A stretch of 64,000 nt of DNA from Phycisphaerales bacterium (GTDB taxonomy: Bacteria; Planctomycetota; Phycisphaerae; Phycisphaerales; UBA1924): contig OZ245777.1 in the NCBI GenBank assembly GCA_965227775.1, forward strand, positions 2,848,001 through 2,912,000, in the 5' to 3' direction. Position 1 is the first letter of the stretch. The number at the start of each line of letters is the position of its first letter. The notes under the pieces are model-generated. The model saw nothing but the letters and a program-made list of their open reading frames with translations, ran no database searches and was not told where the DNA came from. The position numbers were made by a program, and so were the translations under genes. Below, piece after piece: positions 49,446-58,607 of this stretch.

Positions 49446-49706
49446 ATGAGCGTGGTACCGACCAGCGCAGCCGCGGCACTCGCCTCGCAAGCAGCCGCTT
49501 CCGAGCGGGCGAGCAAGGTGCAAACGGCCGCAAAAGAGAGCGACAGGCAGCGTCGCGTGAAGCACGGTGAGCAGACCGGCGATCGCGTAGTGCTGAGCAC
49601 CGAGGCGGTGCAACCCAAGCAGAGCGCCACCGATCGCTCAGAAGAAGAGCCCCGCGAGCACCCGCCCGAGGGCGAGGCCGTGAAGCACCTCGACGTCGAA
49701 GGCTGA
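49446..49706 (+). CDS. small low-complexity hypothetical protein
   Basis: Fills the intergenic gap; DRVVLS and C-terminal LDVEG motifs; sigma28-like promoter upstream. Confidence 0.65.
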   Translation: MSVVPTSAAAALASQAAASERASKVQTAAKESDRQRRVKHGEQTGDRVVLSTEAVQPKQSATDRSEEEPREHPPEGEAVKHLDVEG

Positions 49707-49730
49707 CGCGCGTAGCCCGTCAGGCAGCCA

Positions 49731-51242
49731 TCAAGCCGCCAAAGAGCGCACCGTCGAGAGCGCTTCGATCATCGCGAGCACCTGCTCTTGGGTTTCGGGT
49801 GTCACCACCAACCACTGGGCGCTCATCACCTCGTCGCGCACGTCGTCGAGCACGTAGGCCACGCGTTCGCGCTCGATAAGCGCCGTCGCGTACGCCAGAC
49901 CGGCCGCAAGCTTGCCCATCGTCTCGGCTCCGCCGCGGTTGTACGAGATGTCCGAGATCAGGTACTCCATGGGGTCGACTAGCGGCTCGGGACGCTCGAT
50001 CGCCAGGCGGTCGTGGCCCGTCAGCATAAGGTCGAATCCCAGTACCTCGTGCCCGCCAGCGAACGCTGCGACACAGGCGCGAAGGCATGTCTCGCCCTCG
50101 GCCGGACCAAGGCGGCCGATCGTGCGAGCCGCAGCAACACGCTCGGCGGGCATCATGCCGCAACCGGTCCACGACAGGTACGACGCCAGTACGCGCATCG
50201 CCGCATGCTCGGTTTCGCCCACGCGTTCGGGCTGGCGCTCGCCGAGCACGTTCGACAGATGCGCAAAGGCGCGGTCAAGCGCCGGGTCGGACACCACGGG
50301 CGATCCCAGCATGAGTCCCAGCGCGGGACGGCCGCGGAGGCGGTCGCTGAAGTCAAGCCGGCTCGGGTAACGGCTCAACAGGGCCGCAAGTTCCAGGAGC
50401 GAGCGCAGGACGGTAACGGCGCCGGTGTCCGACCAGTCGAATTGACTCAGCGTCACCTGCGCCGGATCGATACGCAGCGGGAAGAGCGATGAGTAACTCA
50501 GGGGCAACGTCTGTGCCCAGTCATGCCACGCGGCCGGATCATCGGGAGACTCAGCAACACGGATCGTCAACGGACCAGTCGGGTCGCGCTGCTCGATGAC
50601 CGCGTCGAACCCCAGCCGCCGCCAAGTGGCGGCATCACCCTCGCCCGCGTAGGGCACCAGCGAGATCGTGAGCGTGCTCTGTGCGAGCTCGAGGTCTCGC
50701 ACGTGCTCGTCGGCGAGCTTCACGCCCACACGCAAGGGCATTGAGAGCGATGCTCCCGGCGTGCCGCCACGCTCGCGCATCCGCTCCAGCCAGCCGGGCA
50801 ATTGGCCGCCCGAGCACGAGCGGATGATTGTAAGCGCGCTGTCGGTCGTGCCGGCAAGCACCTGACGTGGGAGCGAGATCGCGCTTGGGAGCGTCAACGC
50901 GGAAGCCGGCTCGACGGTCTCGTCCGGAGTGTGCTGATCGGGGTTGCCGGATTCGAGTGTTTCCGGCTCGCCACGTACCGGCGGTGTTGGAATTGGGACC
51001 GCGGCCATGCTCGTCGACCCAAGGAAGCGAGCGGCGAGCCATCGCCCGCCGAGTACCATCCCGATAATCCAGAGCCCCGCCGGGATGCCAAGCAGCGAGC
51101 GTGTCAGCCACGCGGCCCCCAGCAGCCACGCCGTGAGCACGACGGCGCACACGCCGACGACCCACGCAAGGCCAGAGACGGCTTCGGTGTCCTGGCCGAC
51201 CGTGGCGGTCGCGCCCCGCTGCATCCGGAGGGGAGTGTTCAT
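49731..51242 (-). CDS. hypothetical membrane-anchored protein
   Basis: Two N-terminal TM segments then a helical soluble domain; start placed at ATG 51242. Confidence 0.65.
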   Translation of the reverse strand: MNTPLRMQRGATATVGQDTEAVSGLAWVVGVCAVVLTAWLLGAAWLTRSLLGIPAGLWIIGMVLGGRWLAARFLGSTSMAAVPIPTPPVRGEPETLESGNPDQHTPDETVEPASALTLPSAISLPRQVLAGTTDSALTIIRSCSGGQLPGWLERMRERGGTPGASLSMPLRVGVKLADEHVRDLELAQSTLTISLVPYAGEGDAATWRRLGFDAVIEQRDPTGPLTIRVAESPDDPAAWHDWAQTLPLSYSSLFPLRIDPAQVTLSQFDWSDTGAVTVLRSLLELAALLSRYPSRLDFSDRLRGRPALGLMLGSPVVSDPALDRAFAHLSNVLGERQPERVGETEHAAMRVLASYLSWTGCGMMPAERVAAARTIGRLGPAEGETCLRACVAAFAGGHEVLGFDLMLTGHDRLAIERPEPLVDPMEYLISDISYNRGGAETMGKLAAGLAYATALIERERVAYVLDDVRDEVMSAQWLVVTPETQEQVLAMIEALSTVRSLAA

Positions 51243-51352
51243 CTCCCCCACATCGGCGTCATGCCGGCCCTGCTGCGTTCGCGGGCGGCAGGGCTCGAAT
51301 CGCTGTGGTGGATGATGCCGGTCGCGCTCGTTGAGCGACCGGCCGCGACGAG

Positions 51353-52186
51353 TTATCCGCCGTCGGCACCGTCGGGAAGCGACTGCAATGCCTTGATCAC
51401 GTCGGCCGGCTCGGCTCGGTTCCGGTAATCGGCATCCAAGAACGCCCAGCGGATCACGCCGTCGCGATCGATGACGTACGTAGCGGCCAGCGGCAGCTCG
51501 CCAGAGTCGTCTCCATTGAACTCGCTGAGGACGAAGGCCTGCTCGTAGTTGGCCTGCACGCCTTCGGTGAGCTTAAAGACAACGCCGTATTCGCGTGCCA
51601 CCTCGTTGCCGACATCGCTGAGCACCTCGAACTGCAACTCGCTCTTCTGCGCGGTCGAGAGCGATTTATCGGGCAGCTCCGGGCTCAGCGCCACAAGCGT
51701 GGCTCCAAGGCCGCGGATCTCTTCGAGCCGCTGCTGATAGGCCGCGAGGGTCAGGTTGCAATAGGGGCACCATCCGCCGCGATACCAGACCAGGACCACC
51801 GGACCTTGCTCGAGCAGGCCCGAGAGCGAAACCGACTCGCCGCTGTGGTTCTCAAGCGTGAAGCCCGGGGCCTGATCTCCGACGTTCTTGGCGCCTTCAA
51901 CCACTCCCGAGTCCACGACCGCCTGCACGCCGTCGGCGTAGAGCGTTTGGATCGCTTCGGGTGCTCGCTCGGCAAAACCGGCGGCCCTCGCGTCAAGCTC
52001 GGCCTGCAGCGACCGTGACGGTTCCGCGGTGGACTCGGACGGCATAGCGCTCTCCTCTCCGCCAGCCGCGGCGGCATCGCTTGATCCGGCTGCATCGCCC
52101 GAGGGCTCGCAACCAAGCATGAAAAAAGTGGCCCCGCTCAGTGAGAGCGCGGCCAGCAGGGTTGATGGGGTTCTTGGCTTCGTCAT
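51353..52186 (-). CDS. peroxiredoxin-like AhpC/TSA-family lipoprotein
   Basis: MLGC lipobox, YRGGWCPYCN, PLAATYVID, RAEP. Confidence 0.88.
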   Translation of the reverse strand: MTKPRTPSTLLAALSLSGATFFMLGCEPSGDAAGSSDAAAAGGEESAMPSESTAEPSRSLQAELDARAAGFAERAPEAIQTLYADGVQAVVDSGVVEGAKNVGDQAPGFTLENHSGESVSLSGLLEQGPVVLVWYRGGWCPYCNLTLAAYQQRLEEIRGLGATLVALSPELPDKSLSTAQKSELQFEVLSDVGNEVAREYGVVFKLTEGVQANYEQAFVLSEFNGDDSGELPLAATYVIDRDGVIRWAFLDADYRNRAEPADVIKALQSLPDGADGG

Positions 52187-52247
52187 GGGGCAGGGTACGA
52201 GCCCGCCCGACACACGAATATTCCCGCTCCTCCGCGAAACCGCCGAA

Positions 52248-53051
52248 TCAGCGACGGAACCACGAAGTGATAGCGTGCATCGTCACCGCCCGGCCCATCG
52301 CACCGATGGACTCAGTGAGCGGGATCTCCTTCGGGCACACCTTCACGCAGTTCTGCGCGTTGCCGCAGTCCGACACGCCGCCGGGGCCCATGAGAGCCTC
52401 CAGCCGCTCGGCCTTGAGCTGCTTTCCCGTCTCATGCTCGTTGAATAGCCGAGCCTGGCTAATTGCGGCGGCCCCGATGAAGCTGGTGGGCCACTCCTCG
52501 GCGTCTTCCTCGAGGTTGTACTGCGGGCAAGCCTCAAGGCAGCAGCCGCACGACATGCACGTCGACAGCTTGTAGCGGGTGCCCTGATCGTCGGGGTTCT
52601 CCTTCGGGCCCGAGCCCAGGTCGTAGGTGCCGTCGATGGGCACCCAGGCCTTGACGCGCTGCAACGCTTTGAACATGCGCTCGCGATCCACCCAGAGGTC
52701 ACGGATCACCGGGAACTTGCTCATCGGTTCGAGCGTGACCTCGTCACCCTCGTTCGGAGCGATATTCTCGATGAGTGCCGTACAGCTCTGGCGGACGCTG
52801 CCGTTGATGAGCATGGTGCACGCGCCGCAGACCTCTTCAAGGCAGCCCGAGTCCCACGCGACCGGCGTGGTCTTCTTGCCCTCGATGGTCGTCGGGTGTG
52901 CGGCGATCCACTGCAGGCACGAGATGATGTTGGCCCCGGGCTCACGCGGCACGTCGAAGGACTGCCAGTACGAAGGCTTGCCCGGCCCATCGCTCCGCTT
53001 GATGCGGATACGCACGGTCTTGTTCTTGGTGCTCTGTGCTGTGGCGATCAT
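52248..53051 (-). CDS. sdhB: succinate dehydrogenase iron-sulfur subunit
   Basis: CLEEVCGAC, CMSCGCCLEACP, CGNAQNCVKVCP. Confidence 0.95.
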   Translation of the reverse strand: MIATAQSTKNKTVRIRIKRSDGPGKPSYWQSFDVPREPGANIISCLQWIAAHPTTIEGKKTTPVAWDSGCLEEVCGACTMLINGSVRQSCTALIENIAPNEGDEVTLEPMSKFPVIRDLWVDRERMFKALQRVKAWVPIDGTYDLGSGPKENPDDQGTRYKLSTCMSCGCCLEACPQYNLEEDAEEWPTSFIGAAAISQARLFNEHETGKQLKAERLEALMGPGGVSDCGNAQNCVKVCPKEIPLTESIGAMGRAVTMHAITSWFRR

Positions 53052-53081
53052 TACGTGCTCGCTTCCTTCGATTCGATGGGA

Positions 53082-55124
53082 TCAGGCGCCGCTAGTTGCC
53101 GCCGGCTTTTTAACTGCGGTTTCGGAATCCTCTGCGGCGGGCGACCCGTTCTTCGCGGGCGCCTCGTTGTCGACCTTGCCGTACGTGCGTGCCCGCGGCT
53201 TGACGAGCATCGTCTGCACTTCTCGATAGGTCACGGCGTGCTGATCGACGCCGGTCGCACTCGAGTCAAACGACGCGACGGTGGTCTTCAGGAATCGCTC
53301 GTCATCGCGATCGGGGAAGTCGGTGCGATAGTGCGAACCGCGGCTCTCTTCGCGGAGCAGGCTGCACTTGGCGATCATCTCGGCCATGATGAGCATGTCG
53401 CCCACCGCCCGGCTGTAGCTGAGCGACTGGTTGGTCCATGCGGCGGCATCGGGCAGGCGGGCACGGCTGAAGCGCTCTCGCAGAGACGCGAGGGTGTCGA
53501 GCGTCTTGCCAAGCCGCTCGGCGGTCTTTACGACCGTGCAAGACGCTTCCATGACCTCGCCCATCTCTTTGCCGATGAGATAGGGGTTGGTGTCGTCATC
53601 GCCTTCGGCGCCCTCGACCGTATCCAGCAGGCGATCGACCTTGGCCTGCTCGTGCTCGACCGCACGATCGAATATGCCCTGATCGACACCGTCGATCGGC
53701 CGCTCGCTCGGCGAGCCCTCTTTCACGAAGTTGGCAACGCCCTGGCCGCAATACAGTCCGTCGAAGATGCAGCTCAGCAGCGCGTTGGCACCCAGCCGCG
53801 TGGCGCCGTGGTAGGCAAAATTGACCTCTCCGAAAGCGTACAAGCCTTCGACGTTGGTCATCATGTTGTTGGGGGCTCCGAGCATCATTCCGCGGCCGGG
53901 CGTGGTGTCGATCGGCGCGACCATCCCCGGCTTGTGATCGCCGTAGGGCGCGTCGGGCTCGTATGTACCGGGCGTGAACTGCGTCCACATGCCACCCATG
54001 GAGTAGTGGACGGCCGGGAAGATGCGCATCGGCTCGAAGCGCGGGTCCTCGCCCGCGAACTTCTCGTAGATCTCCATGATGCCGCCGAGCTTGTTGGTCA
54101 GGTAGTCGGGGTCCTTGTGGGTCAGGTCGAGATAGACCTGGTTCTGGCCGCCGATGCCCATGCCGTCGTTGACGCACACGTCGAAGATCTCGCGCGTCGC
54201 GATGTCTCGCGGCACGAGGTTGCCATACTTGGGGTAGCGCTCCTCGAGGAAGTACCACCGCTCGCTCTCGGGGATGTCGCTGGGCCTGCGGTCGTCGCCC
54301 TTCTTCTTGGGCACCCACACGCGGCCGCCCTCTCCGCGTGCGCTTTCGCTCATGAGACGGCACTTGTCGGCCCCGGGGATCGCGGTCGGGTGGACCTGGA
54401 TCATCTCGCCGTTGCCGTACCAGGCACCGGCTTGGTAACACCGGCTGGCGGCGCCGCCCGTGCAGATGATGCTGTTGGTGCTCTTCCCGAAGACGAGCCC
54501 GCAGCCGCCGGTGGCCATGATCGTGGCCGCACCGCGGAACGAGCGGATCTGCATCGTCCGCATGTCCTGGGCCACGATACCCACGCAGCGGCCGTCACCC
54601 TCGAGACCGTTGACCTCGCCTTCGATGACCGGCCACAGGAACTCCCAGAACTCATACTTCTTCACGAGTCCGGCCGCCTCGTAACGACGAGTTTGCTCGT
54701 CGAGCGCGTAGAGGAGCTGCTGCCCGGTCGTCGCGCCGGCAAAGTGCGTGCGCTTGAAGAGCGAGCCACCGAAGAGGCGCAGGTCGCGCTGGCCTTCATT
54801 GGTCCGGTTGAATGGCACGCCCATGCGGTCGAGGAGGTCGATGACCTTGGGCGCAAAGTTCGCCATCTCGAGCACGGGGCCCTGGTCGGCCAGGTAGTCA
54901 CCGCCGTAGATGGTCTCGTCGAAGTGCTGGTATTCGCTGTAACCCTGCTGGCGGGCGATCTCGTTGCACGCGTTGATACCGCCCTGCGCACACACGCTGT
55001 GGCTGCGCTTTACGGGCACCATGCTGAACAGGTCGACCGGGATGCCGGCTTCGGCGATCCGCACGGTTGCGGCCAAGCCGGCCAGGCCCCCACCTACGAC
55101 GATGACGCGTTGTTGCTGCTGCAC
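53082..55124 (-). CDS. sdhA: succinate dehydrogenase flavoprotein subunit
   Basis: GGGLAG, RSHSVCAQGGIN, HYSMGG, RLGANAL, ESRGSH. Confidence 0.96.
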   Translation of the reverse strand: MQQQQRVIVVGGGLAGLAATVRIAEAGIPVDLFSMVPVKRSHSVCAQGGINACNEIARQQGYSEYQHFDETIYGGDYLADQGPVLEMANFAPKVIDLLDRMGVPFNRTNEGQRDLRLFGGSLFKRTHFAGATTGQQLLYALDEQTRRYEAAGLVKKYEFWEFLWPVIEGEVNGLEGDGRCVGIVAQDMRTMQIRSFRGAATIMATGGCGLVFGKSTNSIICTGGAASRCYQAGAWYGNGEMIQVHPTAIPGADKCRLMSESARGEGGRVWVPKKKGDDRRPSDIPESERWYFLEERYPKYGNLVPRDIATREIFDVCVNDGMGIGGQNQVYLDLTHKDPDYLTNKLGGIMEIYEKFAGEDPRFEPMRIFPAVHYSMGGMWTQFTPGTYEPDAPYGDHKPGMVAPIDTTPGRGMMLGAPNNMMTNVEGLYAFGEVNFAYHGATRLGANALLSCIFDGLYCGQGVANFVKEGSPSERPIDGVDQGIFDRAVEHEQAKVDRLLDTVEGAEGDDDTNPYLIGKEMGEVMEASCTVVKTAERLGKTLDTLASLRERFSRARLPDAAAWTNQSLSYSRAVGDMLIMAEMIAKCSLLREESRGSHYRTDFPDRDDERFLKTTVASFDSSATGVDQHAVTYREVQTMLVKPRARTYGKVDNEAPAKNGSPAAEDSETAVKKPAATSGA

Positions 55125-55243
55125 TGTGGGGCCTCCGATCCGGGGAACGTCTCGATCCGTTCCGAGCTTGTCTGCAGGTCTGTCTTACTGAAGTATCGCG
55201 AGCATCGGCTTATTTTCAACTGCAATTGAAACTCATGAAACCC

Positions 55244-56179
55244 TCAGCCCGTCCGGGATTCCCAAACTTCGGGCTCGTTCGCCTGAGCAGCCGGCACCCG
55301 CTCGGTGCCCTCGATCGTCTCGTCGGGCTTCTCGATGCCCTTCTGCTCTATGTAGGCCTCGTACTCGGCCGTGCTCTTCTTCTCGATGTACATGTCGCGC
55401 TCGACGGCGTGGGCCTCGTCGTAGTCGAGGGTCATCGCGGCAAACAACGAAGACCAGCCCGCCAGCATCAGCATCGCACCGAGCCCGGCGCAGGCCACGC
55501 CCCATCGCCGCTGGGCCTTCGCAGAGATGGTCAAGCCCCAGGTGATGGCAGCGGTCCAGAGGCCGTTGGCGAAGTGGAAGATGAGCAAAGTCACCCCCAC
55601 CATGTACAACGCCGAGACGGCAACGCCCGTGAGCGTGAAGCCGTCTGTCGAGCCCTGCATCGCCGCGGCAAGCGTGGAGGCAGAGAAACTGTGGCTCCAC
55701 TTGGTGCCTTCAGGCACGAGCCAGGACCACCCCCACCGCAGCGTGGCCACGTGGTACACGATGAAGAGGATGCCGACGTAGCCCGAGATGCGCTGCAGCG
55801 TGTACCGCCAGTTGTCCTGGTAGCTGTACCGCTTCAGGTTCGACTTACCGGTGGTCGCGTAGTAGACGCCCAGGATGCTGTGGAACGCGATCGAGACCCA
55901 CAACGTGATCTCGATGAGCAGCAGGTGCGGGACCTGCTCGTTGATCCAGGTGACCTCGTGCTGGAAGTAGCGGACACCACCTTCGGATACCGACAGACCT
56001 TCGCCCTGCCCTCGCAACGCAAACCGCCCCCAGGCGAGCGATGAATTCGTGACGAGGTGGGCGACAAGAAACACGCCGATGGGCACGATGCCCGTTAGCG
56101 AGTGCAGGCGGCGCATCAGGAAGTGGATCTGCGTCTGGGTCTGGCTGGGCTTCGAGGGGGTCTGGGATCCGCTTGCCAC
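55244..56179 (-). CDS. sdhC: succinate dehydrogenase cytochrome b558 subunit
   Basis: RRLHSLTGIVPIG, LQRISG, FHFANGLW; Bacillus-type. Confidence 0.9.
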   Translation of the reverse strand: MASGSQTPSKPSQTQTQIHFLMRRLHSLTGIVPIGVFLVAHLVTNSSLAWGRFALRGQGEGLSVSEGGVRYFQHEVTWINEQVPHLLLIEITLWVSIAFHSILGVYYATTGKSNLKRYSYQDNWRYTLQRISGYVGILFIVYHVATLRWGWSWLVPEGTKWSHSFSASTLAAAMQGSTDGFTLTGVAVSALYMVGVTLLIFHFANGLWTAAITWGLTISAKAQRRWGVACAGLGAMLMLAGWSSLFAAMTLDYDEAHAVERDMYIEKKSTAEYEAYIEQKGIEKPDETIEGTERVPAAQANEPEVWESRTG

Positions 56180-56284
56180 GCGTTGGCTCCTGGTCGATGT
56201 CTAGGTTCCGATGGGCCCGGTGTTGTTATCGGCTCGGAGGCCGGGTCGCATGAGCGGCCGCTGTCCGAGCGCCCGGCGGACTCG

Positions 56285-56812
56285 TCAGGGCGAGATCGAG
56301 CCCGGCCCACCAGGTTGGCCCGGCTGTCCGGGTGCGCCGGCCTGGCCAATATCGACCTGCTTGGCGCGGCCCTCGGCGATCGCCTTATCGACGGCCTTGT
56401 TCACTTCGACGAACTGCAAGCGCAGCTCGTGGGCGGTCTGCTTGACGGTCTCGGCCTCTTCCTCGGTGAGGTTGCCCTTGGTCTTTTCCTCGAGCGTGCT
56501 CAGCAAGTCGACGTGGAACTTGGCGAGGTCCATCGCAACCATCGCCCGACCCGTTTGCGGATCCGGGAAGGCCCCCATGTACAGGAGCGCTTGTGTTGCG
56601 AGGATCTGGACAATGCCCAGGACGTCGGCCGGCGGAAGCTCGCGCTCGGATGACTGTTGTGCGTGCTGCTGTTCTTGCTCGGACAGCTTCTGGCGCTCGG
56701 CTTCGGCCTGGCTCTTCCAGTCGGAATCGATAATCAGCTTGGGCTCGTTTTCCTGATCGGCCACGATGCCTCCTTCTATCTGTCCGGCGTCTTGCCCGGG
56801 TCCCGCGGTCAT
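56285..56812 (-). CDS. DUF1844 domain protein
   Basis: IDSDWK, LAKFHVDLL..LEEKTKGNLTEEE; GGAGG RBS. Confidence 0.85.
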   Translation of the reverse strand: MTAGPGQDAGQIEGGIVADQENEPKLIIDSDWKSQAEAERQKLSEQEQQHAQQSSERELPPADVLGIVQILATQALLYMGAFPDPQTGRAMVAMDLAKFHVDLLSTLEEKTKGNLTEEEAETVKQTAHELRLQFVEVNKAVDKAIAEGRAKQVDIGQAGAPGQPGQPGGPGSISP

Positions 56813-56897
56813 GCCTCCGGCCTCGGCGGGCGGAGCGAGGGTACCCTCCGTCGTGAGCGTAGGCGGAACAGCCGAGTTTGCCGGTGTTATTCGCAGG

Positions 56898-58196
56898 ATG
56901 TGCGGGACTTTGCGCACTTTGCCGGTGCTCGTGGCCGCTGCCGTCGCCGGGTGTTCGGCGTCGGGCCCTCGCCCGACAGACCTCGGCCCCGCGGACTTTG
57001 CCGCCGAACCGGTCGCCGATTCCGACGCCCCGCCGCGGGTAGCGGTCGACCCGGGTCAGGCACGCGCCCCCGCCAGCCCGATCGATGCCGGCCAGTTTGC
57101 GACCGGTGAGGTCGTGTTGGTGCCCCCACCGGTAGATGCCCAGGAGGCATCGCAAGTCGGTCCGGCGCCCGACGTTCCGCCTCCCGTCGCGCGGCCCGCG
57201 ACCGTGCTGCTCGACGTCAAGGTGGGTGAGGTCAACAACAAGGCGATCTTCGCGGCCGAGTTCCTCGACCCGCTGGCCCAACGCCTGCGCGCCCTGGCAT
57301 ACCGCGACGTCGACCTGCCCGACGGCACCACGACGCAGGAACTCGTGCCGTTGTCGGTGTGGCAGGCACAAGCGGCGGCGATCATCACCGAGCAGCTCCA
57401 GATCTTCATCACCAACGAGTTGGTCATCGCAGAGGGGCTCGCGAGCTTCACGCCGGCGCAGCGGTCGAGCCTGCGGAACTTCCTGGGCCTTGCGCGTGTC
57501 GACCTGGAGCGGCGGTCGGGCGGCAGCATCACGCGTGCCGTGCGCAGCCTTGGAACGGGCCAGACCCTGAGCGAGTACCTTCAAGAGGTTCGCAACCGGC
57601 AGCTGATCAACAAATTTGGCGACGACCTTCGCCGGAGCGTGGTTATCACTCGAAGCGACGTCGAACGCGCTTACCTGCAGCAGTACGGCGGCGACCGGCG
57701 CGACTCGAGCATGACGTTCCGAGAGATTCGCGTGCGCGCCGACGACGAGCAGGGTGAGGCCAGGATCGCAAGGCGCCTGTCGCGCGGCGAGCCATTCGCG
57801 GAGGTCGCCACGGACGAAGCGAACACGTCGCGCCGCAGCGACGGCGGTCTCTGGCCGGCCATCAGCTTCAAGGGCGAGTTTCGCGACGCCTCGTTCTTTC
57901 CGAGTGATGAGCAGTTGGATGAGGCGCTGCGAAGTCTGACGCCCGGCGAGTGGGCCGGGCCGATCGAGGGCGCGCGTTTCACGAGTTGGATCTACCTCGA
58001 AGACATCGAGATTGGCTACAAGACGTGGGCCGAGGCTCAGAGCGAGCTTCGCGCCGAGCTCTATGACCGCCGGCTCGAGGAAGCGTACCTGCGCGAGATG
58101 TCGCGTCTGTACGAACAGGCGGGCCTGCAGGATCTCCGCGGTATGCAGCAGGAACTGCTCGCGGTGGCAACCGACTGGTACTACCCGAAGCAGTGA
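56898..58196 (+). CDS. SurA/PpiC-like peptidyl-prolyl isomerase lipoprotein
   Basis: VAGC lipobox, GEVNNKAI, GEPFAEVA, GGLW, LTPGEWAGPI. Confidence 0.65.
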   Translation: MCGTLRTLPVLVAAAVAGCSASGPRPTDLGPADFAAEPVADSDAPPRVAVDPGQARAPASPIDAGQFATGEVVLVPPPVDAQEASQVGPAPDVPPPVARPATVLLDVKVGEVNNKAIFAAEFLDPLAQRLRALAYRDVDLPDGTTTQELVPLSVWQAQAAAIITEQLQIFITNELVIAEGLASFTPAQRSSLRNFLGLARVDLERRSGGSITRAVRSLGTGQTLSEYLQEVRNRQLINKFGDDLRRSVVITRSDVERAYLQQYGGDRRDSSMTFREIRVRADDEQGEARIARRLSRGEPFAEVATDEANTSRRSDGGLWPAISFKGEFRDASFFPSDEQLDEALRSLTPGEWAGPIEGARFTSWIYLEDIEIGYKTWAEAQSELRAELYDRRLEEAYLREMSRLYEQAGLQDLRGMQQELLAVATDWYYPKQ

Positions 58197-58205
58197 GCAG
58201 GCCGC

Positions 58206-58607
58206 GTGCGTGTGGGGCGTCGCGACAAGCTGGGGCCACGAGGCGAGCGGGCAGCGGCGCGTCACCTGAGGCAACGCGGCTATCGCGTTCTGGGCCGGAA
58301 TCTCGAGACCCGATTTGGGGAAGCCGACCTGCTATGCGAAGCGCCGGACGGGTGCGTCGTGGTGGTTGAGGTGAAGGCCCGACGGTTTCGGCAGAACGCT
58401 CCGCCCCCTGAAGCATCGGTCACGCTCGCCAAGCGTCAGCGGCTCGCGCACATCCTGGAGCATCTGGTGCGGGCGAACGGCTGGGAGAGGCGGCCACGCC
58501 GCATCGATGTGATCGCGGTGGAGTTCGTGGCTCGACGATGGCTCCCACCTCGAGCACACGTGCGGCACATCGAGAACGCGGTGCTCAAGGGCGGCGCAGC
58601 CCGCTAG
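58206..58607 (+). CDS. yraN: YraN-family protein (UPF0102)
   Basis: GERAAARHL, GEADL, VEVKAR, RIDVIAV, HIENA. Confidence 0.88.
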   Translation: MRVGRRDKLGPRGERAAARHLRQRGYRVLGRNLETRFGEADLLCEAPDGCVVVVEVKARRFRQNAPPPEASVTLAKRQRLAHILEHLVRANGWERRPRRIDVIAVEFVARRWLPPRAHVRHIENAVLKGGAAR

